NCBI GenBank assembly: GCA_963843575.1
Contig: CAWJKZ010000010.1
Coordinates: 192,001-256,000, forward strand
Reading direction: 5' to 3'
Length of the DNA: 64,000 nt
Source: an uncultured Acidobacteriota bacterium
GTDB lineage: Bacteria > Acidobacteriota > UBA6911
Shown: in pieces, positions 41,296-51,153 of the stretch
Layout of the letters: each line of letters begins with the position of its first letter
Numbering within the stretch: position 1 is the first letter of the stretch
Translations under genes and position numbers: made by a program
Notes under the pieces: model-generated
Databases searched by the model: none
What the model was told of the DNA's origin: nothing
Seen by the model: the letters and a program-made list of their open reading frames with translations, nothing else

Positions 41296-42360
41296 ATGAC
41301 CACAGCCCTCTTGCTTGCGTTTCTTCTCGGGCTCCAGGGGACCGAGGCGCTTCCGCCGCTTCCCGACGAGAATCCCCTGCAAGTCAACGACGGTATCAAG
41401 CAGTTCCTGGCCGAGCACATCGACCCCCGGCTCTCGCCCCTGGGGCAGCTGGAAACGCTGGTGCGGGTGGTTTTCCGCGAGAACGCGCTGCACTTCACGT
41501 ACCAGCTCGAGACCCGCACGGCGGCCGAGACCTTTGAGAAGCGCGGGGGCAACTGTGTTTCGTTCACGTTCCTTCTGATCGCCATGGCGCGCCAACTCGG
41601 GCTGGACGCCCGGTTTCGCGAGGTCGACGTCGCCCCGACGTGGTCCCGGATCGGCACCCTGGTGAGCATGAGCGGTCACGTGAACGTGGCGGTGTATCTG
41701 GGGGGCCAGCCCTATGTCGTCGACCTGTTCCCGCAGGTCAGCCGGATAGAGATCGGCGGAAGCGTAGTGACCGACGGCCGGGCGCTCGCTCATTACTACA
41801 ACAACCGCGGCGTGGACAGGCTGGCCGCCGGGCAGACACAGGAGGCCCTCGCCTATTTCACCAAGGCCGTGCGGTGCGACCCGGAAATGTCTCGGTCCTG
41901 GGGGAACCTGGGGGTGGCGCACGCCCGCATCGGCAGGTTCCCCGACGCGGAGGCTTCGTACCGACGTGCGCTCGAGCTCGAGTCTGGAAACCTGGTGGCC
42001 ATGGGGAACCTCGCGATCCTTTACCGGCAGATGGGACGGGGCCGGGACGCGACGCGCTACGAGGCCAAGGCGCGGAAACTGCAGCTCAAGAATCCTTACT
42101 ACCACTTCGACCTCGGGATGCGGGCGTACGACGCCGGGGACTACCCGACGTCGGTCGCACACCTCAAGACCGCGCTCAAGCTCAAGCCCGTCGAGCACAA
42201 CTTCGACATGGCGATCGCCCGAGCGTACGTTCAACTGGGAGAGATGGATCGGGTGGCGGATTACCTCAAGCTCGCGGCGAAAAACGCCCCCAACGATGCC
42301 GCCAAACTGAGGTACGAAGAGAAGCTCGCGCTGCTGACCCGGGGCGGACGGGCTCATTGA
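41296..42360 (+). CDS. Exported transglutaminase-like plus tetratricopeptide repeat protein
   Basis: AGGAG RBS, signal peptide, GNCVSFT...GHVN...VVD (Cys-His-Asp), TPRs (YYNNRG, WGNLG). Confidence 0.8.
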   Translation: MTTALLLAFLLGLQGTEALPPLPDENPLQVNDGIKQFLAEHIDPRLSPLGQLETLVRVVFRENALHFTYQLETRTAAETFEKRGGNCVSFTFLLIAMARQLGLDARFREVDVAPTWSRIGTLVSMSGHVNVAVYLGGQPYVVDLFPQVSRIEIGGSVVTDGRALAHYYNNRGVDRLAAGQTQEALAYFTKAVRCDPEMSRSWGNLGVAHARIGRFPDAEASYRRALELESGNLVAMGNLAILYRQMGRGRDATRYEAKARKLQLKNPYYHFDLGMRAYDAGDYPTSVAHLKTALKLKPVEHNFDMAIARAYVQLGEMDRVADYLKLAAKNAPNDAAKLRYEEKLALLTRGGRAH

Positions 42361-42462
42361 TACGTCGCACGACCGATCCGTCGACGCACCTCCAGCCCAC
42401 TTGTATTCCTTCGGGAACCAATATAAAACAAGGGAAACGGGTGCAACTTTGGAGCTCAGCCC

Positions 42463-42855
42463 ATGCAAATCAAGAGACAGCTGTCGGTTTTTCTCGAGAA
42501 CTCCCCGGGGGCGCTGGCGCGGCTGTGCCGCGCGTTTGCGGACGAGAACATAGACATCGTCGCGCACAGCGTTTCCGATTCGATCGACTACGCGGTATTC
42601 CGGTGCGTGGTCAGCGACCCGCTGCGGGCGGTTCATCTGCTCGAAACGGCCGGCAGTTTTGTCCTGGAAGAGGACGTGCTGGCGCTGCCGATCGACAACA
42701 AGCCCGGCAGCCTGGGTGAAGTGGCGGAGAAGCTCGCGCGGGCGCAGATCAACATCCACTACGCATACGGCAGCGCCTCCGGGAACGGACAGGGTTCATC
42801 TCTGCTGATCCTGAAGACCAGCGACCTTGGGAAAGCCCGGGAGGTGCTCGGATGA
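42463..42855 (+). CDS. Tandem ACT domain protein
   Basis: QLSVFLENSPGAL, DNKPGSL, INIHYAY. Confidence 0.88.
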   Translation: MQIKRQLSVFLENSPGALARLCRAFADENIDIVAHSVSDSIDYAVFRCVVSDPLRAVHLLETAGSFVLEEDVLALPIDNKPGSLGEVAEKLARAQINIHYAYGSASGNGQGSSLLILKTSDLGKAREVLG

Positions 42856-42862
42856 TCGGGGT

Positions 42863-44028
42863 TTAGTCTCCGGCCGGCAAACCGGGCAGGCGCTCGACCC
42901 TGCAGACGATGGCGGTAATGTCGTCCCGCTGCCGCTCTCCCCCGAGAAGCCGCGGGCCGTATCGTAAAGGCCCCGCACCAGTTCGCTCGCCCCGCTCCGG
43001 GAGTGAGCCCGGACGAAGTCGAGGACGGCCTTCTCGCCTAGGACAGCCCCGGTCGCGTCCATGGAGTCCGTGATCCCGTCGGTCAGCATGAGGATGATGT
43101 CCCCCTCGTCGAGCGAGACGGCGGGCGCCGCGGGAAACTCCTGGTTCTCGAAAATCCCCAGCGGCGGGGCCGTGCTGTGAAGCACGGCGCCGAGGGCTCC
43201 CGAGCGTTTCAGCAAGTACCCGGGCGGGTGGCCGGCGCCGGCGTACTGTAGCCGGCGGCTGCCGGGATCGAGGCGCGCGAGGATCATGGTCACATACCGG
43301 TTCCCGCCGAGGCTTCCGACCAGCGTCCGGTTGAGGCGCTCCAGCAAAGCGGGGATGCCGTCGATCATGGTCGCGTATGCCCGCAGGGTGGCCCGGGTTT
43401 CCGCCATCACGAAGGCCGATCCGAAGCCGTGGCCCGCGACATCGGCGACGACGATGTAGAGTGAACCGTCGGCCTGCGGCAGCAGGTCGAAGTAGTCGCC
43501 CCCCGTTTCATCGGCAGGGTATGCGGCCGCGGCTATGTCGAAACCGGGGAGCGAGACGGTGGTGTCGTAGTAGCGCTGCTGGACCTCACGGGCCAACTGC
43601 ATGTAGACCTGCCGCTGCTGTTGCTCCCGGAGCGCCGTCACGTCCTTCAGGACCGAAACGTAATGGGTGATGGTCCCGGCGGTATCGCGGATGGGGCTGA
43701 TCGTCTGCTCGGCCCAATACAACTCGCCCGTCTTCTTGCGGTTGGCGACGGTCCCGCGGAACGGTTCGCCGGCGGTGATCCGGGACCAGAGGTCGCGGTA
43801 GAATTGTTCGTCGTGTTTCCCGGATTTCAGCACACGGGGCGTGTGACCGATCACTTCGCCGGCAGAGTACCCGGTTGTCTGTTCGAAAGCGGGATTGACG
43901 TACTCGATGATGCCCTGATTGTCGGTAATCACGATGCTGTCGGCAGTCTGCTCGACCGCCCGGCACATCTGGTCGTACAGATCACGGTACGATTGCCCGC
44001 GCGCCATGTGGTCCTTTTCCATTGCCAT
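42863..44028 (-). CDS. PAS plus SpoIIE/PP2C phosphatase (RsbU-like); homopolymer frameshift near 42940
   Basis: YVNPAF PAS, GGDYFD, ADVAGHG, TDG; terminal QRDDITAIVCR lies in the adjacent frame after a G run. Confidence 0.88.
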
Positions 44029-44081
44029 GCGGGCCCCAGTGTACAGGAGTTTTCACCGGATGGCGCGCCCAACCTGAAGAA

Positions 44082-44479
44082 ATGGCAGGTGCCTCGATGC
44101 TGTTCTGGAGCGCGTTGCTTGTGATTCTAGCAGGGGGCGGCGACGCGTTCGTCGCGCCCGATGCGGCCTATCTCGCCTCCTGGGCGAGATGGAAGACCGA
44201 GCGGGTACCCGGACCTACCCGTCGGGGCGCTTCCTCGACTCGGGGCCGGTGGCGAACGGGACCGTGGTGCTGGACTTCAACCGGGCGTACAACCCTCCCT
44301 GCGCCGTCACCCCGTACGCCACCTGCCCGCTGCCGCCTTCGTCGAACCGGCTGCCCGTTCCGATTCCCTCGGGGGAGCAATACCGGCGTGATTCTGCGCC
44401 GGCACCCCACGGTCACCCGGGCCAGCAGGACGCTCAGGGCAGGGCCAGCGCCACGGCGCCCATGATGCCGGCGTCGTAG
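44082..44479 (+). pseudogene. DUF1684 family remnant with an internal deletion
   Basis: Signal peptide and YLASWARWKTER joined out of frame to the C-terminal TYPSGRFL...LDFNRAYNPPCAVTPYATCPLPP..NRL. Confidence 0.78.
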
Positions 44480-45339
44480 CGCAGCCGGGCCGCTTCGATG
44501 CGCAGGCCGACCGCGGCTTCGGCAAGACAGTAGCGGGGAACGGCGCGCCGGAGCGGTTCCAGGAAGAGCGCCTCGGGCGCTTCCGACAGGCCGCCGCCAA
44601 TGATGACGGCCGCGGGGTCGAGCAGGCCGACCGCGGTTCCGATCCCGACCGCGAGGTCATCGATCACGTCGTCGAGCACGGCCCGGGCCGTGGCGTCGCC
44701 GGTGCCCGCCAGCCCAAGCACCTCCTCGCCCCCGACTGGCCGCCCGAGCGCCTCGCTCCCGCGCCGGGCGATTGCATCGCCGCTGGCGCATGCTTCGAGG
44801 CAGCCGCGTCTGCCGCAGGTACAGGGCGGACCGGAACGCCTCACCAGGGTGTGACCGATCTCGCCAGCGAGGTTGCCCTTCCCACGCACGAGCCGGCCCT
44901 CGGCAACGACGCCGCCGCCTATCCCCGTCCCGATGTTGACGTACACCAAATCGTCGATACCCCGCCCCGCGCCGAATCTCCATTCGCCCAGCGTCCCGGC
45001 GTTGGCATCGTTGTCGAGCACGACGGGCATCTGGAAGCGGCCCGCGAGCTCGTCGCGCAACGGCACCCCTTCCCATCCGGCGACGTGATGGCTCCGCAGC
45101 ACCCGGCCCCGCACGAAATCGACAGGCCCGCCAAAGCCGATCCCTATGCGTTCGACCTTCAGGCCCTCGCGGGCGGCGCGCTCCTGGAGTTCGGTGATAA
45201 TCGCGCAGATGAGACGCCGTCCCGCGCCGGCGCCGCCCGAGCGGTCGGTCTGGTGACGAACTCGGGCCAGCAAACGCCCGTCTTCGGAGGCGAGCCCTCC
45301 CAACATCTTGGTCCCACCGACATCGATCCCTATGATCAT
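44434..45339 (-). CDS. ROK family sugar kinase
   Basis: IGIDVGGTK, DNDANA, GTGIGGG, GEIGH, CTCGRRGCLE. Confidence 0.9.
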   Translation of the reverse strand: MIIGIDVGGTKMLGGLASEDGRLLARVRHQTDRSGGAGAGRRLICAIITELQERAAREGLKVERIGIGFGGPVDFVRGRVLRSHHVAGWEGVPLRDELAGRFQMPVVLDNDANAGTLGEWRFGAGRGIDDLVYVNIGTGIGGGVVAEGRLVRGKGNLAGEIGHTLVRRSGPPCTCGRRGCLEACASGDAIARRGSEALGRPVGGEEVLGLAGTGDATARAVLDDVIDDLAVGIGTAVGLLDPAAVIIGGGLSEAPEALFLEPLRRAVPRYCLAEAAVGLRIEAARLRYDAGIMGAVALALP

Positions 45340-45448
45340 CCCAGCACCCATGCCGACGTCGAGGGTCTCGGTGAGATCGAAGGCGGGCCGCGGTGACGCG
45401 AGCATTTTGCCAGTGCCACGGCCATGCTCCTGTGCTATTAGGTTGGCT

Positions 45449-46933
45449 GTGAAAAACTCAGCCAGATTTCGCCCGGATTTTACAGCAACAGCCTCGATTG
45501 TCCTTGCGCTTCTTCTGGGCGCGGCCGCGCCGCTGCAGGGACAGGCACCGCTTGAACTCACGGAGCCCTACCTTCTCTCGCTCGCCCCTTCGACCGAGAT
45601 GAACGTCTGCTGGATCGTGTCGGAACCGGTGTCGGACGCTTACGTCGAGTACGGGCCGACCCCCGCGTACGGGCTGCGCGCAGACGCCATTCAACACGTG
45701 ATCCGCGGTTTGAAGCGCTCCCCGGGCAGCCAGGTAGACTATCGCCCCGATCCGGAGGCGAACCCGGAGATGCCTGCTTATCAACAGATCGCGCTGATCC
45801 GGGGCCTGAAGCCGCACACCCGTTACTTCTACCGGACCGTGACCAGGAGCGCATCGCACACCGCGGCCGGCAGAGGCTACCTTTTCAGGACTGCGCCGAC
45901 GGCCGGGACGAAGGTCAAGTTCGCGCTCCTTTCCGACCTGCAACTGAAACCTGAAATCCCGTCCACGGTGAAGAGGCTGGGTCGCGCCAGACCCGATTTT
46001 ATTATCTACAACGGGGACTTCGTGAACACGGCGTGGAAAGCGGGTGAGTGGTTCCGGCCGCCCGAGGTTTACATCAACCCGAAGGAGGCGGGGCACGAGT
46101 GGTTCACCGTAATGCAGCAGCGCGGCGACGGATGCCGTCTCCTACAGTACATCCCTTTCTTCCCCGCCCCGGGCAACCACGAGATTTCCGACCAGCGGCT
46201 CATGAACGACCCGCAGATGGCAGTCCAAAAACAGAGATGGAATCTGAGCATCTACATGCAGATGTTCCGCCCGCTCTACCCGGGGCAGGATGCAGGTCCC
46301 GGTGGGAAGCACTGGTACTCGGCGGATTTCGGCGACATGCACATCGTCTCGCTGTCGGTCTTCAGGTGGCATCCCTGGAGCGGACTGAAGAGCCCGGGAT
46401 GGCCCCTGTTCGACGACCTGAGTGAAGGCAGCCCCCAGGTCCGCTGGCTCGCGGACGATCTCGCCGCGACCGGCGCGAGATTCAAATGGGTCGCGATGCA
46501 CTGGCACATGTTCAACCGCGGGGAGGACGGCTTGATCCCCTACTCGAACCCTCAGCCGGACCCCGGTCAACCCGGCGCCGTGATCTACCCGGAGCCCGAC
46601 TATTGCCACACGGTCCTCAAGCCTCTCTTTGAACGGTTCGCGGTCGACGGTGTGAGCTACGGGCACTCGCACGTTTACGAACGTTACCTCGTGAACGGGG
46701 TCAATTACATCGAAGCGGCCTCCATAGGCAACAGCTACCGGCGCGAGGACGACCCATACCATCCGTCCGGGCAGCGCCCCGTCGTGGAGGAGAACCGATT
46801 CCGTTCCTTCATGCTGCTCACGTTCGGGCCAAGCAAGAGCCTGAGCGCTACCGGGGTGCAGGCAAGCGCCGCCGCCGGCATCGGGCGCCCGGGCCGCGTG
46901 TTCGATCGATTCAACCTGAAGACCACGAAGTAA
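45449..46933 (+). CDS. Purple acid phosphatase-like metallophosphoesterase with FN3 domain, exported
   Basis: Signal peptide, VEYG/GLKPHTRYFY, SDLQ, GD, PGNHE, GHSHVYER. Confidence 0.85.
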   Translation: MKNSARFRPDFTATASIVLALLLGAAAPLQGQAPLELTEPYLLSLAPSTEMNVCWIVSEPVSDAYVEYGPTPAYGLRADAIQHVIRGLKRSPGSQVDYRPDPEANPEMPAYQQIALIRGLKPHTRYFYRTVTRSASHTAAGRGYLFRTAPTAGTKVKFALLSDLQLKPEIPSTVKRLGRARPDFIIYNGDFVNTAWKAGEWFRPPEVYINPKEAGHEWFTVMQQRGDGCRLLQYIPFFPAPGNHEISDQRLMNDPQMAVQKQRWNLSIYMQMFRPLYPGQDAGPGGKHWYSADFGDMHIVSLSVFRWHPWSGLKSPGWPLFDDLSEGSPQVRWLADDLAATGARFKWVAMHWHMFNRGEDGLIPYSNPQPDPGQPGAVIYPEPDYCHTVLKPLFERFAVDGVSYGHSHVYERYLVNGVNYIEAASIGNSYRREDDPYHPSGQRPVVEENRFRSFMLLTFGPSKSLSATGVQASAAAGIGRPGRVFDRFNLKTTK

Positions 46934-46952
46934 TCTGGTGGCCGGGCAGGTA

Positions 46953-47049
46953 TGGAGTGCGCCGGCTCGACGCCGCTTTCTCGGCGGCGCCTCGGCGCCG
47001 CCACCGGCCTTGGTCGCAAGCGTGACGCCGAGGCGCCGCACTCCAGATT
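46953..47049 (+). repeat. REP/MITE family element, copy D (compact REP doublet)
   Basis: ggagtgcgccggctcgacgccgcttt ... gacgccgaggcgccgcactccagatt; between convergent genes. Confidence 0.85.
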
Positions 47050-47062
47050 GCGCCGAGTCCGA

Positions 47063-48526
47063 TTATGCTGTCAGGCGCTTGTAGCGGGCGTAGTTGGCTT
47101 CGTAGGACATGGCGGGGGTGAAGATGCGGTCGAGGCGGACCATGGCGCCGACGGCGGAGCCGTAATCCGAAAAGACACCGCTGCCGACGCCGGCGATGAT
47201 GGCCGCCCCGAGGGCACCCGCCTCGGTGACTGCGGGACGGATGAGGGGGCGGCCGAGGATGTCGGAGCAGAGCTGAACCCAGGCGGGCGATTTGCTCCCG
47301 CCCCCGACGGCTCGGTACTCCTCGATGGCGATACCCGTAGGCGGCAGGGCGTCGACACACTCCTTGAGATAGAAGGTCGCCGCCTCGAGCATGCCTTTCA
47401 GGATGTCGCCCCGCGTGGTGTCGAGGTGGAGGCCCGAGATGACGCCGCACGAATCGGTGAGGAAGCGGGGCGGCCCGGTCGGGGCGAAGTGCGGCCGCAC
47501 CACGACGCTGCTCGGGCCGGCCGGCATCTCGTCGACCAGGGCGGCGTAGCTGTCGAGCCCTGCCGCCTCGGCCTGGCGGCGGTCGGCTGCGGCAAACGTG
47601 TCTCGGAACCACTTGAAGAGTGCGCCCCCCTGGTTGTAGATGAACGACACGTACCGTCGCGGCACGGCGTGGTGTTCCGTGTTCAGCCCGCGCTCGATCA
47701 TGGCGTCAGCGTCCCGGCGTCGGCTGAAAACGGGCGTGATGCAGATGTACGTGCCCATCCCGCAGACCGCGCGTCCCTCGTCGATCACGCCGCAGCCCAC
47801 GGCGTTGGCGCACTGGTCGTGCGCCCCCGCGACGATCGCGACCCCGGGCCGCAGACCGAGCGGCGCGGCGACCGCGGCCGCCACCTCGCCGACCATGGCG
47901 CCGGAGGGGACCAGGTCCGGGAGTTTGCCGCGATCGAGCCCGGCGCGACGGAGCACTTCGTCCGACCAGCACTCGCGGTCGACGTCAAACAGAAGGGTGC
48001 GGTTCGCCAGCGAAAAATCGACCAGCGGCTCTCCGCCGAGCATGAATGCGACGAAGGCGCTCCAATGGAGGAAGAGGTCGGCGCAGCCATACAGCTCCGG
48101 CTGGTGCCGGCGGATCCACTTGAGCTTGGTCAGGGTGTAGTGGTTCCCCAGCGTGTTGCCGTTGATCTCGTACAGGAAGGGGTTGTCGAGTGCGGCCCCG
48201 AGCTCGCCGAGGAACTCCGCGCCGCGCGCGTCGAAGTTCAGGAGTGACGGCCCGAGCACCTGCCGGTCGAGGCGGACCGGGACGACCGCTTCCCCGAGCG
48301 AAGAGACCGCGAGCGCCGTGATCGCATCGTCTCCGGTTCGGGCCGCGACCTCCGCGATCGTCTCCCGGACCCTCGTCCACACCACTGCCGCGTCCAGCTC
48401 CGCCCATCCCGGCTGCGGCCTCTGGACGTCGTACTCACGGTAAGAGGAGCCGAGCAGGCGCCCGTCGGTGGAGAAAGCCGCCGCCTTGCATCCCGTGGTG
48501 CCGACGTCGATCCCCAGGAGGCTCAT
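47063..48526 (-). CDS. FGGY family carbohydrate kinase (xylulokinase-like)
   Basis: LGIDVGTTGCK, GAHDQ, GGGSKS, EAGALGAA. Confidence 0.9.
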   Translation of the reverse strand: MSLLGIDVGTTGCKAAAFSTDGRLLGSSYREYDVQRPQPGWAELDAAVVWTRVRETIAEVAARTGDDAITALAVSSLGEAVVPVRLDRQVLGPSLLNFDARGAEFLGELGAALDNPFLYEINGNTLGNHYTLTKLKWIRRHQPELYGCADLFLHWSAFVAFMLGGEPLVDFSLANRTLLFDVDRECWSDEVLRRAGLDRGKLPDLVPSGAMVGEVAAAVAAPLGLRPGVAIVAGAHDQCANAVGCGVIDEGRAVCGMGTYICITPVFSRRRDADAMIERGLNTEHHAVPRRYVSFIYNQGGALFKWFRDTFAAADRRQAEAAGLDSYAALVDEMPAGPSSVVVRPHFAPTGPPRFLTDSCGVISGLHLDTTRGDILKGMLEAATFYLKECVDALPPTGIAIEEYRAVGGGSKSPAWVQLCSDILGRPLIRPAVTEAGALGAAIIAGVGSGVFSDYGSAVGAMVRLDRIFTPAMSYEANYARYKRLTA

Positions 48527-49443
48527 CCGTCATGCCCCAGCAGCCGTGTCCGGCTTCCGGCCACGCCGAAACGGTCGCGGATGAGTTCGCACGTGCGCCG
48601 GTAGACCGCGTCCTGCGCCGCGCCAACGTTCCCGTCGGCATCCTTGAGCGCCAATTCGTACGCCCTGCGGTTCTCGAAGGCGACGTTCACCTTGGTGATG
48701 CCGCGCCGCGCGGCCGCGGTCAGATCATCGCGCCCGATGCCGGACCCGCCGTGAAGCACCAGGGGCACGCCGGTCGCCTGGCGGAGGCGCTCCAGGTGCT
48801 CGAGGTTCAGCCGGGCTACCGTCTTGTCCCTGTCCTTCATTGCCCCCGAGACGGCCCCGTGGATGTTGCCCACCGCGACCGACAGCCAGTCGCATCCCGT
48901 CTCCGCGACGAAGCGCGCGGCGTCGGCGGCATCGGTGAAGCCCCGGCCGGACTCGAACAGTTCGTCGTAGGAGAGCGACTCCCCCTCGCCTTCGCGCACG
49001 ATCGCGCCCAGTTCGGCCTCGCAGGGGATCCCGACCGCGTGGACCCGCTCCACGGCCCGCCGCGTCGCCTCGATATTGTCCTCCAGGCCGAGCGCGGAAC
49101 CGTCCACCATGACCGAGTGGAATCCCAGACCGGCCGCTTCCTCGAGGAGCGCGAGGTAGTCGACCGGGCGCCCGTCGAGTTCGTCGACGACGGGGATGTG
49201 GTCGAGATGAAGCCGAACATGCAGAGGATCGGCGTATCGGGCGAATTCGGCCATGACCGCGGCCGGCCCGACACACTCGAACTTGAGCCACTCGATGCGG
49301 GCGACTTCTACAAGCGCGAAGGAATCCTGATCGATGACCGCCGCGATGACAGGCTTCACCATCGGCAGGTACGGCACGTTGAATGCTGGGACGACGACCC
49401 CCGCCCGGTAAGCTTGTTGAACGACTACCGCAGTGCTCCGCAT
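48523..49443 (-). CDS. Class II fructose/tagatose-bisphosphate aldolase family protein
   Basis: PAFN, LHLDH, SVMVDGS, EAELG, GNIHG, LVLHGGSG. Confidence 0.9.
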   Translation of the reverse strand: MRSTAVVVQQAYRAGVVVPAFNVPYLPMVKPVIAAVIDQDSFALVEVARIEWLKFECVGPAAVMAEFARYADPLHVRLHLDHIPVVDELDGRPVDYLALLEEAAGLGFHSVMVDGSALGLEDNIEATRRAVERVHAVGIPCEAELGAIVREGEGESLSYDELFESGRGFTDAADAARFVAETGCDWLSVAVGNIHGAVSGAMKDRDKTVARLNLEHLERLRQATGVPLVLHGGSGIGRDDLTAAARRGITKVNVAFENRRAYELALKDADGNVGAAQDAVYRRTCELIRDRFGVAGSRTRLLGHDG

Positions 49444-49455
49444 CCTGCCTCCGTC

Positions 49456-50838
49456 TCACAGAGCGATTGCGCGGATATCGGTCAATTCGCAGAACGCCAG
49501 GATTTCGTCGTAGAGGTGAGCGCCGTACCCGAGCACCGCGTATTCGTTGTTCCAGGAATCCACCAGCCGCTCGACGTCGCAGTGCGCCGTGACGAAGGCG
49601 TGTGGCCAGAACGGGATGTTGCACTCCATGCGGCGCCGCCCGAGCTCCTCCAACGGCGGCTCGAAAACCGAGCAGCGCGTCACGATCATCTCGAAGGCGC
49701 CGTTGCTGCGGCCGAGCCGGGCGAGCACGCCCTCGCCCGGCTTGCAGACCAGGTCGACCGACATACCGCCGGCCGCCCCTTCGGTCGGTATTCCGTGCTC
49801 GGCGAACTTCGCGGGCCCCGCCGTGCCGGCGAGCGACGGGGGACAGGCGCCGTCGCCGATGATCTTGATCTCGTTCGTGGACTTGTCGATGTGCTGGAGG
49901 TCGCCGTAGTACACCGGCTCCTCGCTCAGGTCGGTAAGAAGCTTCACCGTCATCAGTGTATTGAAATCACCGAGGGTCGAGGTCGCGATCCTCCGCTCGA
50001 GCATGATGCTCTGGGCGAAACAGGTGGCGCTGTAGTCGTCGCCGAGCCCGGGAAAGGACTGGATCGTGTAGAAGTCCCACCCTTCCTTCTCAACCATCTT
50101 CCGTAGCGCGAGATAGAGACGGATCGACCGGTCGGCCGTTTCCCCCTCCGGGAGAGGCACGGAAAAGAGCGGCCGGAGCTCGGCGCGGGCGTCGCGCAAT
50201 TCGGCGGGGGTCACACGCTGGGCCATCCCGATCAGTTCGGTAGTGTCGCGCGAGTCGATGTCGACGCCGAAAAGCTTCATCCACTGCGAAGGGTCGCCCA
50301 CGCCGCACGACTGTCCCATGCCGCGGCCGCCGAAGACCCCTGCGGTGCTCAGGTTCAGCCGGTTCCTCTCCCGGCTGGCCCTGCACCAGGCGACGATCCT
50401 CGTGATCTCGCTCGGGTCGTCACAATCGCCGTAGACGAACCTGTGGGGGACCCCGACTTCCTTCAACGCGCCGTGCAGTACGAGACCGCCGACGGGCCTC
50501 CACCCCTGCGAGCCCGGGTTGGTCCACAACAGGATCCCCTTCCTGGTGAACGCGAAGTCGCGCAACGCGGCGACGAGGTGGGCTGCCCACACCCACGTGC
50601 CGGAGAACAGCACCACGGCGTCCAGGTCGTCGATCTTCTTAAGCCTGGAGAAACAGTCACGGGCTTCCTGCTTCGACGCGATGACGACATCGTGCCCGAC
50701 GATCTCCAGGTCCGCCGCTTTCAGGGCAGCCTTCGCGCGGTCGATCAGCGCGTCGTCTACGAAGGGCTGTCCCATCGGGTCCTTCAGGCCGTCCTTGTGA
50801 ACACCGTAAACGATGAACGCAATTTTCGCTTTTGGCAT
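49456..50838 (-). CDS. L-fucose/L-arabinose isomerase family protein
   Basis: Overall layout, MGQ, YYGD, LVCKPG, LARL, WPH, NEYAVLGYG; operonic with the kinase and aldolase. Confidence 0.72.
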   Translation of the reverse strand: MPKAKIAFIVYGVHKDGLKDPMGQPFVDDALIDRAKAALKAADLEIVGHDVVIASKQEARDCFSRLKKIDDLDAVVLFSGTWVWAAHLVAALRDFAFTRKGILLWTNPGSQGWRPVGGLVLHGALKEVGVPHRFVYGDCDDPSEITRIVAWCRASRERNRLNLSTAGVFGGRGMGQSCGVGDPSQWMKLFGVDIDSRDTTELIGMAQRVTPAELRDARAELRPLFSVPLPEGETADRSIRLYLALRKMVEKEGWDFYTIQSFPGLGDDYSATCFAQSIMLERRIATSTLGDFNTLMTVKLLTDLSEEPVYYGDLQHIDKSTNEIKIIGDGACPPSLAGTAGPAKFAEHGIPTEGAAGGMSVDLVCKPGEGVLARLGRSNGAFEMIVTRCSVFEPPLEELGRRRMECNIPFWPHAFVTAHCDVERLVDSWNNEYAVLGYGAHLYDEILAFCELTDIRAIAL

Positions 50839-50873
50839 GGTGGCACCATGCCACAGCCGCGCATTTTTGACAA
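50833..50873 (-). promoter_or_regulatory. Leaderless sigma70 promoter with an overlapping 21-bp palindrome (candidate operator)
   Basis: TTGTCA-17-CATGGT-6-ATG on the minus strand; tggcatggtg-g-caccatgcca at 50833-50853. Confidence 0.55.
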
Positions 50874-50951
50874 GAAAGAGAGGAAGGAAGCGGCAGACCC
50901 TGTCCCGGAGAGCGAATGACGTGGATGCCTGTTCGACGGTCGCCGACCTCT

Positions 50952-51153
50952 GAGGGTTCGCGCAAGAATAAGTTCACACTTTGGCGCGAGCGCCGGGCGG
51001 GCAGATGCAAGGCGCCGCGATGCAGGTGATGTGGTGACATCGTCTAGGAGCGGCAACGCCGCAGAACCCCGCCCGCCGCCGCGCCCCTCCGGCCTCCGGG
51101 CTGCGGCCTGGGGGCCTGCAGCAAGTGGACCTGTTATTCTGTGACAGACCCTA
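50952..51153. mobile_element. MITE-like structured element with imperfect terminal inverted repeats
   Basis: Left end gagggttcgcgcaagaataagttcac; right end reverse complement tagggtctgtcacagaataacaggtccac; internal hairpin; right end abuts the sigma gene TAG. Confidence 0.55.

Noticed and set aside
42930-42950. Programmed frameshifting or phase variation at single indels (also near 850, 15165 and 40700)
   Set aside because: Scattered indels, some in short homopolymer or dinucleotide runs, in unrelated genes are better explained by sequencing error.
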